The notes beneath the pieces are model-generated. The model made no database searches. It worked only from the letters and a program-made list of their open reading frames with translations, and was not told the DNA's origin. A program made the translations under genes and the position numbers. Positions 6,940-10,411 of a stretch of 10,411 nt of DNA are shown here, in pieces. This DNA is from a virus (Duplodnaviria; Heunggongvirae; Uroviricota; Caudoviricetes). Within the stretch, counting starts at the first letter, position 1, and every line of letters starts with the position of its first letter. The stretch lies in IMG/VR virus record IMGVR_UViG_2531839473_000009. One strand, given 5' to 3'.

Positions 6940-6976
6940 AGCCCGATAAGGTCAGAGGTGGCTTATCGGGCTTTTG
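6940..6976. terminator. Second, bidirectional-looking intrinsic terminator
   Basis: Perfect 11-bp stem AGCCCGATAAG / CTTATCGGGCT with 11-nt loop, A6 run upstream and T4 downstream. Confidence 0.55.
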
Positions 6977-7052
6977 CATATGAGGCTTTTTGGTGCACTG
7001 ACACACATGATCGGGATCATCATTTCATAATTTGCAACACAACTCAACATCA

Positions 7053-7080
7053 TTGCATAAAATGCAATCATGATTATAAT
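7053..7080 (+). promoter_or_regulatory. Sigma70-type promoter upstream of the capsid module
   Basis: TTGCAT (7053-7058), 16-bp spacer, consensus TATAAT (7075-7080). The -35 element lies inside the palindrome TTGCAT-AAA-ATGCAA (7053-7067); further TTGCA half-sites are upstream (about 7031-7037). Confidence 0.45.
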
Positions 7081-7113
7081 CAGAACTGGATGAACATCCA
7101 GTTCTGATTTTTT
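7081..7113 (+). promoter_or_regulatory. Perfect 12-bp-arm hairpin plus T-tract directly downstream of the promoter -10 (candidate leader terminator/attenuator or operator)
   Basis: CAGAACTGGATG-AA-CATCCAGTTCTG (7081-7106) followed by A then T6 (7108-7113), about 25 nt upstream of the first capsid-module start codon. Confidence 0.45.
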
Positions 7114-7136
7114 AAGTCAAAGAGGAATTTCTTACT

Positions 7137-7343
7137 ATGGCTGAAGAGAAAAAAGGCGGTGTTTCGGTGTACATAAGCCCCGAAATCGTGGAGGTGCTCA
7201 AGCAGCGCCACAAAAAAAACTATGAGGCTGGCGTGGCGGCTGGACTGGATCCGCTGATGACGCCGGAGCCGTCGATAGGTTCACTTGTACGCTCTTATTT
7301 ACTTGCGGCGCTTGGGATGCATAAAAATTATGGGGGTGAATAA
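7137..7343 (+). CDS. Hypothetical protein (68 aa), first gene of the capsid module
   Basis: ATG at 7137 with AGAGGA upstream. Stop TAA overlaps the capsid gene ATG (TAATG at 7341-7345). No family recognised. Confidence 0.5.
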   Translation: MAEEKKGGVSVYISPEIVEVLKQRHKKNYEAGVAAGLDPLMTPEPSIGSLVRSYLLAALGMHKNYGGE

Positions 7344-8398
7344 TGGCAGGCAAAGCAACGGCACTTAACACTAACCAGCTTTTCATGTACCTGAATCGCG
7401 GGGATATTGCGGAATTTAAATTCAGTCCGCTGTTTACCACGCTGTTTTTCCCGAACGTGGCGACATTCAACACCCAAAACATCATGCTGGACACCCTGGA
7501 CATTGAAGAGGTTACGATGTCGGCGTTTTGTTCGCCTATGGTGGGTAGTCAGGTCCAGCGCGATAAAGGGTACGAAACCAGCACGATTAAACCTGGATAC
7601 ATGAAGCCGAAGCACGAAATCGATCCAACGAAAACCATCATACGTATGGCTGGAGAAGATCCGGCACAGCTTAATGACCCAACCTATCGCCGTATGCGCC
7701 TGATTACTGGCAACATGCGCCGCCAGATAAACGCGATTAAAGCGCGCGTGGAATGGCTGGCGGTGAATGCGATAACGACCGGAAAAAACATCATTGAGGG
7801 CGAAGGCATAGAACGCTATGAAATCGACTGGAAGATACCGGAAAAAAACATCATAGAGCAGGCCAAAGGCCGTAAATGGTCCGAGCAGGACAAAGAAACC
7901 CACGATCCAATCTATGATATCGAGCTTTATGCGGATCAAGCATGTTGCCCCGCCAACGTCATGATCATGGGCGCTGAGGTATGGCGAACGTTACGCAGCT
8001 TTAAAAAATTCCGCGAACTGTACGATCTTTCCCGTGGTTCAGAGTCCTCCGCAGAGCTGGCCTGTAAAAACCTGGGCGAAGTGGTGAGCTTTAAAGGATA
8101 TCTGGGCGATATTGCCCTTATCGTCTATTCCGGCAAATACACTGACAGCGACGGCACCGAAAAATATTTCCTTGAGCCTGATTTGCTGGTCCTGGGCAAC
8201 ACCAACAATAAAGGGCTGGTGGCCTATGGTGCGATTATGGATCAGGAAGCGGTCAGAACGGGCGCAACGCAAAACATGTTTTACCCGAAAAACTGGATTG
8301 AGGACGGCGATCCGGCGATTGAGTACGTGCAGACGCACAGCGCACCGCAGCCGGTTCCGGCAGATATTCGCAAATTTGTTACCGTCAAAATTGGTTAA
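7343..8398 (+). CDS. Major capsid protein, lambda gpE family (351 aa)
   Basis: Collinear similarity to recalled lambda E along the whole length: FKFSPLFTTLFF versus FKFDPLFLRLFF; PGYMKPKHEIDP versus PGYVKPKHEVNP; DPTYRRMRLI versus DPAYRRRRII; IVYSGKY...LVLGNTNNKGLVAYGAI versus VVYSGQY...MVLGNTQARGLRTYGCI; YPKNWIEDGDPAIEY versus YPKNWVTTGDPAREF; C-terminus FVTVKIG versus FVSVQLA. SD GGGGTG 6 nt upstream. Confidence 0.9.
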   Translation: MAGKATALNTNQLFMYLNRGDIAEFKFSPLFTTLFFPNVATFNTQNIMLDTLDIEEVTMSAFCSPMVGSQVQRDKGYETSTIKPGYMKPKHEIDPTKTIIRMAGEDPAQLNDPTYRRMRLITGNMRRQINAIKARVEWLAVNAITTGKNIIEGEGIERYEIDWKIPEKNIIEQAKGRKWSEQDKETHDPIYDIELYADQACCPANVMIMGAEVWRTLRSFKKFRELYDLSRGSESSAELACKNLGEVVSFKGYLGDIALIVYSGKYTDSDGTEKYFLEPDLLVLGNTNNKGLVAYGAIMDQEAVRTGATQNMFYPKNWIEDGDPAIEYVQTHSAPQPVPADIRKFVTVKIG

Positions 8399-8409
8399 CG
8401 GGGGATTCT

Positions 8410-8745
8410 ATGGACACTCCATACATTGAGTTATTTGCAGGCAGTCAGCAGGTTGCCACGACGCTGGTACATTTTGCCGCTGATGCTGGCGTTATTCAGG
8501 AATTTACCCCGCTGATGCTGGCGGACAATGGCGAATTTAAGCCGTGGGATGGTCAGGAATCTGGCAAGGCTGTTTATCTGACGGCGTATCCCGTGGACAC
8601 GTCAACGCAGAAATCAGCACAGTGTTACAAGACGGGGATATTCAATATTGCCGCCGTTAACTGGCCTGAGAGCGTCGACACCGACGCGAAAAAATGTGCC
8701 GCCTTTGCGGGTTCTGGTGTATCTGTTCAGCCGCTGGCGCGATAA
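8410..8745 (+). CDS. Head decoration protein, lambda gpD family (111 aa)
   Basis: TPLMLADNGEFKPWDG versus lambda D TPLMLDTSSRKLVAWDG; YKTGIFNIAAVNWPESVDTDAKKCAAFAGSGVSV versus [34 protein letters not shown]. Same length class as gpD; SD GGGGGA upstream. Lies downstream of the E-like gene, the opposite order to lambda. Confidence 0.85.
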   Translation: MDTPYIELFAGSQQVATTLVHFAADAGVIQEFTPLMLADNGEFKPWDGQESGKAVYLTAYPVDTSTQKSAQCYKTGIFNIAAVNWPESVDTDAKKCAAFAGSGVSVQPLAR

Positions 8746-8758
8746 GCAGGGGGGAACG

Positions 8759-9172
8759 ATGGCAACGAATGAAAGTATCATGGCGCTACCGCTGGCGAGT
8801 AAATTTAAAGCTGAAGCGCGGGCAATGGCTGACAGATGTCTATCAACCTACGAAGCTATATATCAACTTAACAAACTGGAAGAACAGGACAAGCCGCGCG
8901 CTGATGCGATTATGTCGCTTCATGAATCTGACGACTATCAGCCGCTGTTACGTGCAATGGCAAACGTGCCTTGTATTGATGTTGATACGGCTAAAAACAT
9001 CCTGAACATGACCATAGAACAGGAACGCCAGAAGGTTGCACCAGAGCTTACCGCAGCCTTTGAAAACTTTATGGACATGCACAGCCCACAAGCCGTATCA
9101 GCTGGCATGGCATACGATGGCAGAAACCCGGGCGATGACGGCGACATTGATCGCATACTGAAAACCATCTGA
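8759..9172 (+). CDS. Hypothetical protein (137 aa), last gene of the capsid module
   Basis: ATG at 8759 with G-rich SD (AGGGGGG) 6-8 nt upstream; the longer track ORF start (8648) overlaps the decoration gene and lacks an SD. Acidic C-terminus. Followed by an intrinsic terminator. No family recognised. Confidence 0.55.
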   Translation: MATNESIMALPLASKFKAEARAMADRCLSTYEAIYQLNKLEEQDKPRADAIMSLHESDDYQPLLRAMANVPCIDVDTAKNILNMTIEQERQKVAPELTAAFENFMDMHSPQAVSAGMAYDGRNPGDDGDIDRILKTI

Positions 9173-9177
9173 GACAA

Positions 9178-9200
9178 GGCCGGAGAAATCCGGCTTTTTT
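9178..9200 (+). terminator. Rho-independent terminator after the capsid module (copy of the ssb terminator element)
   Basis: Stem GGCCGGA / TCCGGC with GAAA loop, then T6. The surrounding 9171-9245 is about 75% identical by eye to 6731-6800. Confidence 0.7.
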
Positions 9201-9333
9201 GCGGGTCCTTTCCGGCATATGGACCTGTTACGGGGCGGCGACCTCGCGCGTTTTCACTATTTATGACGTTTTTCCGAGAAGGTGCCACCACCACCACTTG
9301 ATTAATATTTAACCATGCAGTTGAGGTAACATT

Positions 9334-9768
9334 ATGATTGATAAAGCTTGTTTTGTAAGCCAGCAGGAAATAGCTGAACATTTCCAGGTAAACAGAACCA
9401 CTATTCGCGCATGGACCAAACAGGGGATGCCCTATCTTAATGCGGATCGCGGAAAGTCTGGCGGTTATCACATCGGGCATACATTGCTTTGGTCTTCAGG
9501 TAAAAGCCATTTTGAGACCATCGGATATCACGTAGAAACCAGTGCGCTGGAAAAAATTATGGTTGCCAGGCTGCTTTCATCTGAGCGTGACGAGTACTCC
9601 AGTGAAGAAACAGAACATCGATTTGATGAAGGTTTGCAGATTTACGGCTATGCACCGGAAGATGTGAGCAAGGCACGAAATAAAATGGCTGGCTTTCTGG
9701 CTGGGTGGCGTCATGCAGTAAGCGTTCGCCGTGCCAGCATGGAGCAATCAGCCGATACAGAACAGTAA
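9334..9768 (+). CDS. Nu1-like small terminase subunit / winged-HTH DNA-binding protein (144 aa)
   Basis: N-terminus VSQQEIAEHFQVNRTTIRAWTKQGMPYLNADRGKSGG resembles lambda Nu1 KKQLADIFGASIRTIQNWQEQGMPVLRGGGKGNE (the TI..W...GMP.L....GK motif of its winged helix). About 35 aa shorter than Nu1 with an unrelated C-terminal half. SD GAGGT 5 nt upstream. A MerR-like regulator cannot be excluded. Confidence 0.55.
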   Translation: MIDKACFVSQQEIAEHFQVNRTTIRAWTKQGMPYLNADRGKSGGYHIGHTLLWSSGKSHFETIGYHVETSALEKIMVARLLSSERDEYSSEETEHRFDEGLQIYGYAPEDVSKARNKMAGFLAGWRHAVSVRRASMEQSADTEQ

Positions 9769-9926
9769 AGCCGATAACTTGTTAATCACTCGCAGCAATG
9801 CATGTGATTTGTGCACACTTTCGGTTAACTGGTTCGATGTCCGGTTTTAGTGTCTGTTTTTTGCGCATGTCCGGTTCATGGAAAGCATGTTTTTATATTT
9901 TTCATATGGTTAACTTACAGAGAAAC

Positions 9927-10411
9927 TGGATTTGCCCCTATATTTCCAGACATCTGTTATCACTTAACCCATTACAAGCCCGCTGCCGCAGATATTCCCG
10001 TGGCGAGCGATAACCCAGCGCACTATGCGGATGCCATTCGTTATAATGCTCGAACGCCTCTGCAAGGTTCTTTGCTGCCGTTAACCCGTCTGGTTTGGGC
10101 ATGATACTGATGTAGTCACGCTTTATCGTTTTCACGAAGCTCTCTGCTATTCCGTTACTCTCCGGACTCCGCACCGCCGTGTTCTTCGGTTCAAGTCCCA
10201 ACATCCGGGCGAACTGGCGTGTTTCATTAGCCCGGTAGCATGAACCATTATCCGTCAGCCACTCCACTGGAGACGACGGAAGATCGTTGCCGAAGCGGCG
10301 TTCCACCGCTCCCAGCATGACGTCCTGTACTGTTTCACTGTTGAAGCCGCCAGTAGTCACCGCCCAGTGCAGTGCCTCACGATCACAGCAGTCCAGCGCG
10401 AACGTGACACG
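9927..10411 (-). mobile_element. IS2 (IS3 family), right end and 3' part, truncated by the window edge
   Basis: Terminal sequence TGGATTTGCCCCTATATTTCCAGACATCTGTTATCACTTAACC matches the remembered IS2 end adjacent to the orfB stop, including the conserved TTTCCAGACA...TATCACTTAA inverted-repeat core. Element boundary placed at about 9927. Target-site duplication cannot be checked because the other end is outside the window. Confidence 0.8.
9938..10411 (-). CDS. insD: IS2 transposase OrfB (InsD), C-terminal part; 5' end outside the window
   Basis: The reverse frame is open to the window edge (..[40 protein letters not shown]...[19 protein letters not shown]...[24 protein letters not shown]). 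It matches the IS2 InsD C-terminus from memory and has the DDE-domain tail typical of IS3-family OrfB. Confidence 0.9.

Noticed and set aside
7328-7939. 203-aa minus-strand ORF and other frames inside the capsid genes (7198..7503 -, 7407..7604 +, 8039..8338 -, 8112..8429 +)
   Set aside because: Antisense or out-of-frame to the gpE-like CDS, which is supported along its whole length by similarity to lambda E.
8694-9480. ORFs 8694..9005 (+) and 8938..9480 (-)
   Set aside because: The first is an alternative frame of the decoration and 137-aa genes. The second is antisense across the 137-aa gene, its terminator and the Nu1-like gene start. Neither has start signals.
7137-9768. Interpretation of the capsid genes as a fragment of an ordinary lambdoid prophage
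   Set aside because: Gene order (E before D, Nu1-like downstream, no C/Nu3/B/A/W between) is not that of lambda-like head regions. The module follows the satellite replication genes on the same strand and is separated from them by terminators. Not fully excluded, because sequence beyond the IS2 is not visible.
9798-10104. ORFs 9798..10013 and 9850..10104 on the + strand
   Set aside because: They cross the island/IS2 junction and run antisense to the IS2 transposase, which cannot be a genuine gene arrangement.
1-10411. tRNA or tmRNA gene as integration target
   Set aside because: No cloverleaf-like segment or conserved T-loop (GTTCGAATC-type) was recognised. Because the integrase starts at position 1, the expected att/tRNA would lie upstream of the window.

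Overview
This window reads as the left arm of an integrated, phage-satellite-like island (PICI / P4-like architecture) in an enterobacterial genome. From the left edge, almost everything is on the + strand: a complete P4/CP4-57-type tyrosine integrase, a small unknown gene, an AlpA-family regulator, a divergent small ribbon-helix-helix-like gene with a repressor-style operator/promoter, and then an early operon of tandem Icd-like modules, two AT-rich small genes, a 99-aa protein and a primase/helicase. An iteron cluster (candidate ori) follows the primase, then a small gene, an SSB and stacked terminators. A second module encodes a lambda gpE-type major capsid protein, a gpD-type decoration protein, two unknown proteins and a short Nu1-like small terminase / winged-helix protein. 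The window ends in the right end of an IS2 copy (partial InsD transposase, - strand). No Sid/Psu/Delta-like genes, portal, protease or large terminase are visible. The most interesting signal is therefore a satellite-type replication/integration backbone carrying its own lambda-type capsid shell genes, preceded by an unusual promoter-plus-hairpin control region. All calls come from reading the sequence and recalled family features; no database search was run. No tRNA or CRISPR array was seen.
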